A DNA stretch of 64,000 nucleotides. It comes from Octopus sinensis (lineage: Eukaryota). The notes under the pieces were generated by a model. That model did no database searches, was not told where the DNA came from, and saw only the letters and a program-made list of their open reading frames with translations. Shown in pieces: positions 33,708 through 47,701 of this stretch. Numbering within the stretch: position 1 is the first letter of the stretch; every line of letters begins with the position of its first letter. A program made the translations under genes and the position numbers. Location: NCBI RefSeq assembly GCF_006345805.1, contig NC_043000.1, positions 149,048,001-149,112,000 of the forward strand, written 5' to 3'.

Positions 33708-34380
33708 TGGTTCAATCCTCCGAAGGCTAGCTGTTATCCACTACGTCTGTACTTATGTATATATAATAGAGAGTGAGAGAGTCCACTACAAGATAACAGG
33801 TCGACCCCCAACTAAGTCTATTGTTCTCCGTAATATACATATTTTTTGTAGCTAGTTTTGTATAATTATAAATACGAGAACTCTGTAAAGCAAAATCAGC
33901 GACTAACACTAGAAGCAACCTGGCCGGGGAAGAAAGAAGACGTTCCTGTGTGGCGGTCAGCAGTTATGATGTTTCACTTTCTTCTCCACTCTCTCTCTCA
34001 CTAGCTCATTTCTCTTCTTTACAACATTACCCTATCTCTACCTGTGGTTTACTACTACACAATAACGAGAACACAAACACACCTATATAAGAAAAATCTA
34101 CGATATCTCTCTTTACCTCGCATGCTTTATGAATTACATATCATACCAACCCGTTGTGATTTGGCTGTTTACAAAGTAACGGTAATAAACATTTGCTAAC
34201 AACTTCGATCACTGTTCTTCTTTCGTCTTGCACATCTGCAACATCAACCATTACAATTGGTAACTGCCGACCTCGACATACATCATTACATTTACCATTA
34301 CAATTGGTGACTACTAACTCCACCTCACATATACCGTTACACTCATTTTCCCAACGCCTGTACTACCGACAGGGAAGTTA

Positions 34381-34445
34381 CAGTGTTTACGGGTGTGCAC
34401 CAGTAATAACGGGCGTGCACCAGTGTTTACGGGTGTGCACCAGTG
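34381..34445 (+). repeat. 20-bp minisatellite x3
   Basis: CAGTGTTTACGGGTGTGCAC repeated, middle unit variant. Confidence 0.85.
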
Positions 34446-34599
34446 CCTGTCTCTAACCCTAACTAATACACCAATCTTAACTTCATTATTAACTTTAAAC
34501 CTAATGTTTTACTTTGTAAGAAATATGAACACACGTGGTCGCATTGTGTAGGGAATACGATCGCACGTGGTTATATTCTTAACGAATTATTATAAGCCA

Positions 34600-34966
34600 T
34601 AATTACAATGCAGTACCAAAAGAACATAAGTGAATTGACGAGAAGCCGTTCCACTGTTTGAGAGATAGACAATATTTTATTTACAATTGGTGTTAAGGTT
34701 AGAAGGTTGTGAGTGCTAGCAAGTGCGTGTGTGCGTGTGTGCATGCGACACGTGTTTGTCTCTGTGTGGTCTCCGACTAAGACCTTAAAAGGTCTTAAGC
34801 CAAAAGACAGTGAATCGTGATATATCAGCCTATTTAAAGAGTTAAGATAGCTCAAATGAAAAGTCCTATCCGAAAGCCGTGATTGGTCAGTTTACACACT
34901 GGCGCGAAGTAAGTAGAGAGACAGACCGCGCTTAGATGCCAACCAATCAAAATAGTGGACACAACA
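34600..34966 (-). mobile_element. Possible solo LTR related to 33188-33707
   Basis: Shares the TGTTGTGTCCACTA start, ATTGG/CGCGCCA/CCAAT block, AGACC..GGTCT hairpin and GACCACACAG; has AATAAA. Confidence 0.45.
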
Positions 34967-35991
34967 ACGTTAAACTAGCCAAAGATGTTTGTAATCTCAA
35001 ACGAGATCATTCTTAATATTTCTCTCAAACGGTGAAGATAGCAATGAAGAAAACAATATTGCTACAACTTCAACAGCGCAGTTTCTACTTCCATTGAACT
35101 GTTTTCTAAATCAAGGCAACTTACCTCACGTTACCTTTCTTTCATATCAGCATCTACTTTTAAATCCCAGGCATTTAAAGTTAGCGAAATGGTCATGCTG
35201 GCTATCTTAGCAGAAAATGTACTGCCTTTCTGACTCGTTCGAGGCAGTTAAACAGGCAACTAAAGCCATAATATCGCCTACTTTTACATTTCTCAGACGA
35301 CATCTTCTTTTATTAGTCGCGAAGTAATTCACTTACAGCAGAATTGCGACTTGCGGGTACCGAACACTGCATTGTAATAGCGGGAGGAAATTTCCCACCA
35401 TCATCAACTTGGAGGTGTAGAATTAGTAATGAAGGCAGGAAAGCTAATTGATATCATCATACATCATACAACTTTGCAAGCTATCACGCCTTCTAAATTA
35501 TAATCTGGTTGTTTGATCTGACTTTCTGGATATAAGGGCCAGGTTCTCAAAATTTTGCTTTGTTCAACGGAAATGATGTAAATGATGCATTTGGAGATAA
35601 AACCACATTTGATGCATGCTTTATATTTAATTCCACTCTGCACACAACTAACAAAGCCTCTTTCAATTCTCCTTTATCGATCCTACCCACCACACTTTCA
35701 CGGATGTATAGTTGCCAAGGATAGAAATTAATTCAATAACTTCAACCTTACAAGACAAATGGTTTTAACGCTGCGCTTGCAATGAAACCAGCTTTTATTT
35801 CCCTCAACAGACGGTTTCATTAAAACTGCCAATTACCGTTCTAACGCTCTCAATTTCAATATCTCGTTGGCCACCGAAACAGCCATAAACAGCTGCCTAC
35901 TTTATGCCATTGAGTCCTTCTCCCACCACAATGACCACCAATGTTTCCTTAAAGCGTGATCCACTGAATGCCTGATTTCCTACATAATGGA

Positions 35992-36374
35992 TGGAAGCAC
36001 TCCGTCGGTTACGACGATGAGGGTTCTGGTTGATCCGAATCAACGGAACAGCCTGCTCGTGAAATTAACGTGCAAGTGGCTGAGCACTCCACAGACACGT
36101 GTACCCTTAACGTAGTTCTCGGGGATATTCAGCGTGACACAGAGAGTGACAAGGCCGGCCCTTTGAAATACAGGCACAACAAAAACAGGAAGTAAGAGTG
36201 AGAGAAAGTTGTGGTGAAAGAGTACAGCAGGGATCACCACCATCCCCTGCCGGAGCCTCGTGGAGCTTTAGGTGTTTTCGCTCAATAAACACTCACAACG
36301 CCTGGTCTGGGAATCGAAACCGCGATCCTATGACCACGAGTCCGCTGCCCTAACCACTGGGCCATTGCGCCTCC
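35992..36374 (-). mobile_element. tRNA-derived SINE family C
   Basis: Head GGCGCAATGGCCCAGTGGTTAGGG...GGTTTCGATTCCC; TSD TCCTACATAAT. Confidence 0.9.
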
Positions 36375-36802
36375 TCCTACATAATATGGTAGGGAGAAAT
36401 AACAACGTAGCACGAGACGATTGCGCGTGGTGCAATGGTTAAGCAAATGGATTCTCGCTCACAAGGTAATGGGTTCAATTCTCGGTCCGGTAGGCACGTT
36501 CCTTGAGTTGTCCCAGTCCACTCAAGTAGGAAGAAGGAGTATTAAAATTAACAGAGCAGTGGTTAGGGTCAAATTAGCTGGGCAGCATTAACCAGTTAGT
36601 GACGCAATTAAAAACCTTCAGGCATGAAGAGGAAACTCTCAATAGTGGACTGTTGTATTCTATTTTTACTTTTTTCCATTTTTTACCTCGTGGGGCTTAA
36701 CGAAATATTTGTTGTGAATATGATTTTAAGACTTATGAGCTGGTAGTTTAATACCAAAGGTACGTGGGTATTTGGCTTCAATTAATAATGATATAAATAT
36801 AT

Positions 36803-37067
36803 ATTTCTTTACTACCCACAAGGAGCTAAACACAGAGGAGGACAAACAAGGACAGACAAACGGATTAAGTCGATTACATCGACCTCAGTGCGTAACTGGT
36901 AGTTAATTTATCGACCCCAGTGCGTAACTGGTAGTTAATTTATCGACCCCAGTGCGTAACTGGTAGTTAATTTATCGACCCCGAAAGGATGAAAGGCAAA
37001 GTCGACCTCGGCGGAATTTGAACTCGGAACGTAACGACAGACGAAATGCGGCTACGCATTTCGCCCG
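36803..37067 (-). mobile_element. SINE family A with an internal triplicated ~32-bp segment
   Basis: CAGTGCGTAACTGGTAGTTAATTTATCGACCC x3. Confidence 0.88.
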
Positions 37068-37133
37068 CAAATATAAACGGTGTTTCTTCCACCCCATAAA
37101 CTCCTGCAAGCGTTCTGAATATAGTGATAAGAT

Positions 37134-37513
37134 CTGGAAGCACTCCGTCGGTTACGACGATGAGCGTTCCGGTTGATCCGAATCAACGGAACAGCCTGCT
37201 CGTGAAATTAACATGTAAGTGGCTGAGCACTCCACAGACACGTGTACCCTTAACGTAGTTCTCGGGAGTATTCAGCGTGACACAGAGAGTGACAAGGCCT
37301 GAAATACAGGTACAACAGAAACAGGAAGTAAGAATGAGAGAAAGTTGTGGTGAAAGAGTACAGCAGGGATCACCACCATCCCCTGCCGGAGCCTCGTGGA
37401 GCTTTTAGGTGTTTTCGCTCAGTAAACACTCACAACGCCCGGTCTGGGAATCGAAACCGTGATCCTATGACCGCGGGTCCGCTGCCCTAACCACTGGGCC
37501 ATTACGCCACCAC
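37134..37513 (-). mobile_element. SINE family C
   Basis: Consensus match; TSD TAGTGATAAGAT. Confidence 0.9.
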
Positions 37514-38367
37514 TAGTGATAAGATATGTAGTGTAGTAATGCGGCTTTTGGCTTTCTTTTCTTTAAATATTCCATATCTTACGTACAATTCATAGAGATG
37601 AATTGTTTCCTTCTTTATTTTTGAAGGTGTCAGCGTACTTAACACAGTGAACATCTAAAATCTAAATAATTCACTTTTGCGGGGAAGAAAAGACAACGAT
37701 AGCTCCATAATTAAGAGCATTGTAATCATTTCGGCAAATACGGGAAACAATTCTGGAGCTGTTTTGCTATCATTAGACTACTTGAACCATGCAAAAACTT
37801 AACTGTCCGAGTGACAGAGCCATTATATAACTGAACAGTGTTGTAATTGAGTAGGCGTAAAGAAAGTTAACATCAAAAATCAAGTTGTTTCATTAAAAAA
37901 TTTTTTCTTTTGACATTGCATTCAGATAATAAAATCTCTTATCATCGCACTTATTCACTTTATATATAACTATAAAGACTTACAGGTACACAGAAACATA
38001 CACGCTTATGTATATATAAAAAACTTACATCAAATATGTTTACTTGGCGACCTAGGTGTAAAGTTGACGCTGGTGTATTGGAAGGAGTTGACAAAACTGG
38101 TTCACAACAAAATAAAATATTTAAGATATTTTACCTGTAAAATTATAATTGTTCTGGCAAGTCCTGGAATGTAAAGTAGATTTTTTTAATTACTGGTGCT
38201 TCTAGCTGACTAATTGCTTGGCAACAGACAAAAGGTGTATGAGCAATGTGGTCAGATGGTTGAAAGTATATGATGAAGATTCAAATTGCCTTATTTGTTG
38301 TAGAAGAGTATGTATATACATGTGTATGTGTTGCTGTTTGCGCTTGAACTGTTATAGATGCATAAAA

Positions 38368-38736
38368 GGAGGCGCAATGGCCCAGTGGTTAGGGTCGTAG
38401 GATCGCGGTTTCCCTTCCCAGACCGGGCGTTGTGAGTGTTTATTGAGCGAAAACACCTAAATCTCCACGAGGCTCCGGCAGGGGATGGTGGTGATTCCTG
38501 CTGTACTCTTTCACCACAACTTTCTCTCACTCTTACTTTCTGTTTCTGTTGTACCTGTATTTCAAAGGGCCGGCCTTGTCACTCTCTGTGCCGCGCTGAA
38601 TATCCCCGAGAACTACGTTAAGGGTGCACGTGTCTGTGGAGTGCTCAGCCACTTACACGTTAATTTCACGAGCAGGCTGTTCCGTTGATTCGGATCAACC
38701 GGAACCCTCGTCGTCGTAACCGACGGAGTGCTTCCA
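38368..38736 (+). mobile_element. SINE family C
   Basis: Consensus match with a small deletion in the head. Confidence 0.9.
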
Positions 38737-39008
38737 CCCAACAGATACATATATGTTTGTTAATGTTGATATTTATGTATATTTTCCCGTATGTGTTGGT
38801 GTGAGGTGTTTATTAAAATGCAACATAAAAATAAGTTAAACAGGAATTATCAAAACAGTGCAGAAAGCCCTTTATGTCATAAATCGGGTATAAAGAGGGT
38901 CGTGAGACTGTTGCTGTCGCGCGGCCATATATGCCGTGCACAACGACGTTTTTCGTTTTGCATAATCCTGAGTTCCGATGGCTCGTAACTTTGTTGATAA
39001 ATAGGCTA

Positions 39009-39727
39009 ATCCATCCATCCATCCGTCCGTCCGTCCATCCATCCATCCATCCATCCATCCATCCATCCGTCCGTCCGTCCATCCATCCATCCATCCATCC
39101 GTCCGTCCGTCCGTCGTCCGTCCGTCCGTCCGTCCATCCTCCATCCATCCGTCCGTCCGTCCATCCGTCCATCCATCCGTCCATCCATCCATCCATCCAT
39201 CCATCCATCCATCCATCCATCCATCCATCCATCCATCCATCCATCCATCCATCCGTCCGTCCGTCCATCCGTCCATCCGTCCGTCCATCCATCCATCCAT
39301 CCATCCATCCATCCATCCGTCCGTCCATCCATCCATCCGTCCATCCATCCGTCCATCCATCCGTCCATCCATCCGTCCATCCATCCGTCCATCATCCATC
39401 CATCCACCATCCATCCATCCATCCATCCATCCATCCATCCATCATCCATCCATCCATCCGTCCGTCCGTCCGTCCGTCCGTCCGTCCGTCCGTCCGTCCG
39501 TCATCCATCCATCCATCCATCCATCCATCCATCCGTCCGTCCGTCCGTCCGTCCGTCCATCCATCCATCCATCCACCCACCCACCCATCCATCCATCCAT
39601 CCATCCATCCGTCCGTCCGTCCGTCCGTCCGTCCGTCCGTCCGTCCGTCCGTCCGTCCGTCCATCCATCCATCCATCCATCCATCCATCCATCCATCCGT
39701 CCGTCCGTCCATCCATCCATCCATCCA
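39009..39727. repeat. (TCCA)/(TCCG) compound microsatellite
   Basis: Direct inspection, ~720 bp. Confidence 0.97.
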
Positions 39728-41610
39728 CAAAAACAACTGGAATTAATAGCATTTTCAGCTGACATAGGAACAGAATTTGGCCAGGAGAAATCTTATTTAA
39801 TTGCTGAACGGGAAAAATCAGTCTCCAAGACACAAAACCTGTACATCAATTTCTCTCTATCTTTCCTGTCCCAAAAAAAAAAAAATGCTACAAGTACCTC
39901 GGCATTGATGAAATCATATCATACCAAAGTACATAAAGACAGAGTAACGCAAAATATCACACCAGACTAAGAAAAATATGGCAGTCCGAACTCTCTTCTT
40001 ACAACAAGACAATATCCCACAATACACCTTCAGTACCAGTGCTGATTCTAACATCTGGGATACTTGACTGGTCAGTAGAAGAAATCCACTCCATAGAATT
40101 AAAACCCATTAGATTCTAGCAGCAACTGGAAATCTCCACAAAAATAGGGATATCGACAGGCTCTATCTAAGAAGAGATAAAAGAGGTAAGGGCTAGAGAT
40201 TAGTGCAGACACCTTTCGAATGTCGCATGGACTCTCTCAGACAGCACTTGCTAAACAACAACAGCAAAAATAAATACATTAACTTACTGCTGAAAAATGA
40301 AGGAAACAATATCGTACGTGTTGGAAGTGAGTTCCTCAGGAAGTACTCTCTTCCTGATGATCTCTCTCACAACCCCAGATCAGCCGGGCAAGCATATTTC
40401 AAAGAAGACCTAGTTAGTTAGTTAGTTAGTTAATTTGGCTCAAAAGCAAATAGCAAGGCCATGTAGTGGGACATGGAGTTAAGTACAGGGTGGTGTTCAT
40501 GTAAAGAGTTCAGGCCACTTGAGGTCAAGGGAGGCTTTGAACAAAGCGGTCGTCGGCATCTTCACCATCTCGTCTGGCAGCTTGTTCCACGGATCCGCAA
40601 CCCGGACGGAGAAAGCTCCTCTCCTTCGATTGAGATGAAATCGTCGCAGGTAGAGCTTTTCGGAATGACCTAGAAGTGAAACGCTCAGCATATAAAAAAA
40701 AAAGACCATGCATGGGTATGTTTCTCGTAGACTTGAAGAAAATAGTAACATTGACTTGACGCAAAGCTTCTCTTGGACACGTGACCGATACATCACATTA
40801 CATTTTGAAGGCTATGCATTTGTAATCCAAGAGCAGGAGATTACTATTAAATCTCTAATCAACAAAAGAGTCAGTGAAGCCCGTGGAGTTCCAAGATGCA
40901 ACAATGAATGTAGATTATGTCATATTTCTGTAGAAGGCATCACACGTGATTAGCAGCTGCCCCAAAATGTTATCAAGGTACTACCTCCCTATGCGACATG
41001 ACGCTGTTGCCAAAACAATATACAATACCATTTGAGAAAAAGACTGTCCAGGAATAAATATAGAGACCCCCTCCCTGTTATTGAATACGTATCTAAATAC
41101 TAGCACAAGGTTTACAAGCACAGGTGGAATATTCCCATCAAAACATCTGTCCAGTGTAAAAACAACTGGCCGGATATTGTTATTTGGGATAGAAAAGATA
41201 AAGTATGTAGTGTCATAGAGGTCAGATGTTCCGCTGATGTGAATTTCTCTTTGAAAATCAAATTGAAAGAAGATAACTATGGACAACTGCTTTGAAACCT
41301 TCAGCTTCTATATCCGAATTTAAAATTTACATTTACGACAATAATAATTAGAGCAGTTGGAATGGTAAGTAAATGTCTAACTGTCAGTCTGGATAAGCTT
41401 GGGCTTTCAGAAAACTAAATCAATCAACTGATTCGCTCATTACAGATACAATCTGTAAGCGGAACGGTAAAACTATGAGAGACTTTTCTCAGGTTTAAAA
41501 CGTAACATTGTTTGCGTTATTTACATTCCAAAGATTGAACTTTGTGTTTTTGTAAGAAATCAGCTCTTTCTTCAGAAGAGGAAGAATTTAAATGATTAAA
41601 TAGAGAAGAG
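39728..41610 (+). pseudogene. 5'-truncated Dong/R4-clade LINE (RT end, CCHC knuckle, restriction-like endonuclease)
   Basis: [35 protein letters not shown]...H.ISSC, MRHDAVA, PDIVIWD...IEV; several frameshifts and stops. Confidence 0.85.
40414..40666 (-). mobile_element. CR1 3'-end fragment nested in the Dong/R4 element
   Basis: Nearly identical to 50444-50705; (TAAC)n tail; GACCTAG duplicated at 40407-40413 and 40667-40673. Confidence 0.9.
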
Positions 41611-42355
41611 ACATACATACATACATAATACACACACACATACATACATACATACATACATACATACATACATACATACATACATGCATACATACATACA
41701 TACATACATACATACATACATACATACATACATACATACAAACATACATACATACTACATACATACAAACATACATACATACATACATACATACACATAC
41801 ATACATACATACAAACATACATACATACACATACAAACATACATACATAATACATACATACATAACATACATACATACATACAAACATACATACATACAT
41901 ACATACATAACATACATACATACATACATACATACATACAAACATACAAAATACATACATACATACATACATAAAACATACATACATACATACATACATA
42001 CATACATACATACAAACATACATACATACATACATACATACATACATACATACATACAAACATACAAACATACATACATACATACATACATACAAACATA
42101 CATACATACATACATGCATACATACAAACATACATACATACATACATACATACAAACATACAAACATACATACATACATACATACAAACATACAAACATA
42201 CAAACATACATACATACATACATACATACATACAAACATATATACATACATACAAACATACAAACATACATACATACATACATACATACAAACATACATA
42301 CATACATACATACATACATACATACATACATACATACATACATACATACATACAT
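41611..42355. repeat. (CATA)n microsatellite
   Basis: Direct inspection, ~745 bp. Confidence 0.97.
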
Positions 42356-42941
42356 GGTGACTGCAAACTTGTGTTCGAGTATTACCATTGCCTGATCGAA
42401 AGTCCCACACATGCGAATGCTATGACTAGCCACTTTTGTGATAGGTCTTACTTTTTTTAAGCGATGTCTATGCATGAATTTTGTTATTGTGGGGAAAGGG
42501 TTTGCACAAATCCAATCCGACTCGCTGAACATGGACATCATAAACACAAAAAGAAGAACTAGTCTACATCATCGAATATTGTCAGTGCCGCAGGTTTTCT
42601 CTCAGAGTTTTCCTCTCATAGAGAGATGTTGTGACAACAGAGGGGCCTCCCACAATCAGTGGGGCCAACCGCGCGTTTGGACACCAACCCAGGTATTTCC
42701 ACGCCCCCGCGCATACATATATGCATACATACACATGTACACATATAGTAGGAAGGCCGTTGACTGCTCAGGACCTCCTCCGCCCTTTGACAGGTCTTAT
42801 TTTTCTTCTTGCAGGGTGTCCAACAATCACCCTCCACGCCAAGCTTAATGGGCTTATCAGTTTAGTAGCCGACGACCCGACCATGCAGCATGTTGTACTG
42901 GGTTACATGTTACCAGTAGCGCCCAAGAGCGACCTGACTTA
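42356..42941 (-). mobile_element. Structured non-coding retroposon embedded in (CATA)n, subfamily 2
   Basis: 5' ~300 nt and extreme 3' end homologous to 62904-63456; (CATA)n on both sides. Confidence 0.7.
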
Positions 42942-43032
42942 ACATACATACATACATACGTGCGCGCGCGCGTGTAATCAGTTATAAATATTTATAAAGT
43001 GTTTTATGCGGGGGCATAATTGTTTGATGGTA

Positions 43033-43457
43033 TACTCTTTTACTCTTTACTCTTTTACTTGTTTCAGTCATTTGACTGCAGCCATGCTGGAGCACTGCCT
43101 TTAGTCGAGCAACTCGACCCCGGGACTTATTCTTTGTAAGCCCAGTACTTATTCTATCGGTCTCTTTTGCCGAACCGCTAAGTGACGGGGACGTAAACAC
43201 ACCAGCATCGGTTGTCAAGCAATGCTAGAGGGACAAACACAGACACACAAACACAGACACACAAACATATACATACACATACATACATATATATACATAT
43301 ATACGACAGGCTTCTTTCAGTTTCCGTCTCCCAAATCCACTCACAAGGCATTGGTCGGCCCGAGGCTATAGCAGAAGACACTTGCCCAAGATGCCACGCA
43401 GTGGGACTGAACCCAGAACCATGTGGTTGGTAGGCAAGCTACTTACCACACAGCCAC
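43033..43457 (-). mobile_element. SINE family B
   Basis: Near-consensus copy. Confidence 0.9.
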
Positions 43458-43789
43458 TCGTCACTTTTATTAAATATATTTCAAGCATGATAAGCGAGCA
43501 AGCAATAAATGAAAAGGAGATGAATATGATGATGATGATGATGATAGTTAATAGGAAAAAATTAAGGAATATTAATTCTTTTCTTTGGCTGTTTCTCATT
43601 AACATCTCTTTGTTGCCTTCCAACATGTTAATAAGTAGTTGAGAAATCTCGTGTTATTTTAGTCATGCACACTTTAGTATCTCTCTGAACAATAGCCATT
43701 AGCCATAGGAAAACCATTATCTGGTAACAAACATATTCTTTTATCCTAAAATTTACCCCTCCCCCTCTCTCTCTCTTTCCATATATATA

Positions 43790-44050
43790 TATATTATATT
43801 AAATTAGAGATAAAACTACTATTAGGCAAATCATACAATGAAAAACTTAAGCCAATACATAAGATTAATTAATTTATATTATTTTAAATATATATCAAAA
43901 TTATTAAAAAAAGTTATACTAATTATCTTTTTTTAATAATTTTGATATATATTTAAAATAATATAAATTAATTAATCTTATGTATTGGCTTAAGTTTTTC
44001 ATTGTATGATTTGCCTAATAGTGGTTTTATTTCTAATTTAATATAATATA
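43790..44050. repeat. AT-rich palindrome with ~125-bp arms
   Basis: 43790-43912 is the near-perfect reverse complement of 43927-44050. Confidence 0.9.
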
Positions 44051-44125
44051 ATATTTTACTATAAAATTGGATTCAATCCTAAATCTGATTTTTCCCTGTA
44101 AGTTTGGATTTATTCCCTAATATTT

Positions 44126-44198
<73 letters not shown>

Positions 44199-44199
<1 letters not shown>

Positions 44200-44602
44200 G
44201 AGCAAAACGCCCCCGTCCAATGGACGGTGCTGAGTTGTCAAACATTTAAACTAAATTTTCTCAAAACAACTTGTCCGACCGTCCTGTAGGCCTCCCTTTT
44301 GAGAAACACTGATTTAACCTAAATTTGAGACACCAGCAAAAGAAGAAATAAAGATAGACTTTTTTCTATTCCAAGAAAAACGGATTTACAAATGCACGTT
44401 CCCACGGCTTTATCGATCGCATTCTCACCTGGAATCGATTTTTGTCATTTTTTCAAGACTTATACACGCCCTGATACAGTCGGTATCTACAAATCAAATT
44501 TGAGCGCAATCGGATGGAGGATGTCCAAGATCTTAGAAGACACACAGACAGACAGACAGACAGAACGGATTTTATATATTATATATATATATAATATATA
44601 TA

Positions 44603-44666
<64 letters not shown>

Positions 44667-45048
44667 TATATATACGAGCAAAACGCCCCCGTCCAATGGA
44701 CGGTGCTGAGTTGTCAAACATTTAAACTAAATTTTCTCAAAACAACTTGTCCGACCGTCCTGTAGGCCTCCCTTTTGAGAAACACTGATTTAACCTAAAT
44801 TTGAGACACCAGCAAAAGAAGAAATAAAGATAGACTTTTTTCTATTCCAAGAAAAACGGATTTACAAATGCACGTTCCCACGGCTTTATCGATCGCATTC
44901 TCACCTGGAATCGATTTTTGTCATTTTTTCAAGACTTATACACGCCCTGATACAGTCGGTATCTACAAATCAAATTTGAGCGCAATCGGATGGAGGATGT
45001 CCAAGATCTTAGAAGACACACAGACAGACAGACAGACAGAACGGATTT

Positions 45049-45060
<12 letters not shown>
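44199..45060 (-). mobile_element. Tandem pair of non-autonomous Helitron-like elements, family H2
   Basis: Two apparently identical ~380-bp units (from 44199 and 44675) separated by (TA)n; 5' (GTCT)n, 3' hairpin CCGTCCATTGGACGG, terminus CTCG|T. Confidence 0.75.
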
Positions 45061-45117
<57 letters not shown>

Positions 45118-46089
45118 TACGTACTACAAAAGCGGTTAGTGCACGTGCTGATTGAAGTATATAAATTCTATTATGTATGCGTGTATATGGGTATATTAAA
45201 ATCATTGTAAAAGAAACACTTTTGCATTCAAGTTCCTTAAAGCCCTAATCATTTCAATTTCTCGTAGGCCTCAATACCATATATGCCGCATGACAAACGA
45301 CTTTTTCCACAACTGAAGTCCCTCGGGGACTTAGGTACATGGATCAAGCGGAGACCTAGGAAGTGGGGAATGTCAGAGGGAGTGCAGACGTTTAGCGAGT
45401 TGGTTAGCGTGTCTCAAGTCCTGATATAATTACAAGTTTTTTGGTTCCAATGAGTGTATAAAATAGTGGAAAGAGATACAAGGAAACGAGTTGTAATTAA
45501 TTGCTACGTTTTATTCAACCACTAAATGAATTTGTGCAGCAACTGTTGGTTACATCATGATGACATTGTCTGAAGAAAATAATACATATTTGCTTCTCAA
45601 ATCAGTTGGAACTTGGTGATGTTATCTGGGCAGAGAGGAACAGAAATACGTGACATCCCTTCTTGCAGTCTCTCATATTCTCTCTGATTACAGGTGCATG
45701 ATAAACAGAAACACGCGTAGAGCGTCAAAGCTAGCTGCATAATAACTCGTCTCTCCCCATGAAGATTCCCACCTCACTGAAATGAAGCTGGAGAAAACGC
45801 CTTTATCTATAGATGCTATCAGGCTCCAGAGAGCAAACAATATTTTGCCGCGCTAGGTTGGTCTGTCAAGGGATCCGATTGGACAATTAACGTATCCGAT
45901 CTCAACAACGGACTTGGTGAATGTGTTACACCATCACATGACCAGGTCACGTGATCAATTGTAGAAAACCTGCGTTCGAGCCATTTTCTGACTATTTAAG
46001 CCTAGAGAGAAAGCGAGAGAAAGAGCGAGGGAGAGAGAGGGAGAGAGTCAGAGAGATAGAGAAAGAGAAAGAGAGAGAGAGAAATAGAA

Positions 46090-46126
<37 letters not shown>

Positions 46127-46432
46127 TAAAGAGAGAAAGAAAGAGAGAGAGAAAGTGTGTGTGCATGTGTGTGCGAAAAGAAGTTATTTCATCATGGCAT
46201 TCTTTCATTTGAAGCAGCAAAGTTGTCAACTTGATCATATTGGTCGACCATATGGGATCATATAATTGTTCGTCAATTTTCGTAAGTTTTAAAAATTTCT
46301 TTATGCTTTGAAGAGAACAGAAATTGAAAGAGAGGAGAAAGTAAAAAGGCGACATTTGCTTTGAAGTAAGAGCAGAAAGTGAAATATGTATGTGTATATG
46401 AAATGGACGTGTGTGTGTGCGCGTATGTGCGT

Positions 46433-46500
<68 letters not shown>

Positions 46501-46966
46501 AAGAGAGAGAGAATGTGAGTGAGTGATGGTGTGTTGTTATGTATGTATTTTTTGCATGTATGTATAAGTGGCACTCACTCGCTCTCTCACACATTATCTT
46601 TCATATACACGTACATAAATACATATGCACACATCATTTTTGTATGTATGTGTGCGTGTGCATGTGAGCGAGAGTGAGTTACTGTATTTCCTTATAACAT
46701 ATAAAGAAATGGATGTCTTTTAATGAAATGTTTTTGGTTGTGGCTTATTTTAATACAATATTTATGTGTAAATTTTCATAAATGCTTATCTGAGTACAAT
46801 TCTATGCATGCGCGAAACATCGAACGAAAGTGAAACATTAGAAGCAAATCGAAATATTGCCCGAAAAGGACCTTAAAATTGTGCGACTCGACCTCGTTTT
46901 CGAGGTTATTGTAGTTATAAAAAAGAGTTGCTGTGCCAAAAACATAGTTTAATTGATAACCTTTAT

Positions 46967-47024
<58 letters not shown>

Positions 47025-47701
47025 TGATAAGCAGCTTTCTTTATTATATAGTACAGATGTGACTAATTCAGAATATTACTTCATAGTTTACATATCGTCA
47101 CTCCCGTAATTCAACACTGTAATTTTGATTCAAATTGAAAGTATAAAACTATTTTCACTTTTTAATGAAACTTGGTCGTTGTAGAGCAGTGTCTTTCAAA
47201 TGACAAAAGCTGGTAGTTGAGATAACATAGAAAATGTTTCCAAATATATAGATAATTGAATAGAGGGTAAAAACCATCACGATCAAATATACATATGGCA
47301 AACGAAGTGGGATTTAAGAGAAACTAACGCAGATGATATACAACGTTTATTGCTTACTGATATGAACAGTCTAAAGAGTTAACAGAAATTCAAGTGTCTA
47401 GTTAAGACACCCCCACAGCCAATTTTAACAGCAGCGATCTTATCTAGAAGCATTAGTGAAATAACTCGTGCTTTAGAACAACTTCCATGAAACGATCCGA
47501 ATTTTGAATGAAGTATGAAAAGAAAAAAATCTGCGACGGTGCCGTTGAATTTTTATAGGGAATAATTTGAAGATTGTAAGAAGGTAGGACAATTAATCCG
47601 CGCTGCCCCCACTTTTCTTTTAATATAATCTAACAGAAAAAGTAGTACCATATTTAATAAGTTTTGGCTTCATAGTTTTTGTTATATAAACTAAATATAA
47701 A

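Noticed and set aside
35100-35900. Decayed hAT transposase (..SEMVMLAILAENVLPF..)
   Set aside because: Only vague similarity, many stops, no TIRs found; needs an HMM search.
35992-36374. tRNA genes at SINE heads (here and in other copies)
   Set aside because: A/B-box heads run into conserved SINE bodies with TSDs; no complete cloverleaf recognised.
38813-39833. Long MDGW/HPSI ORFs
   Set aside because: Translations of the (TCCA)n microsatellite.
41517-42547. Long MYVC ORFs
   Set aside because: Translations of the (CATA)n microsatellite.
45355-45935. PPT plus LTR (AGGAAGTGGGGAA|TGTC...TTACA)
   Set aside because: No second copy, TSD or clear polyadenylation signal on that strand.
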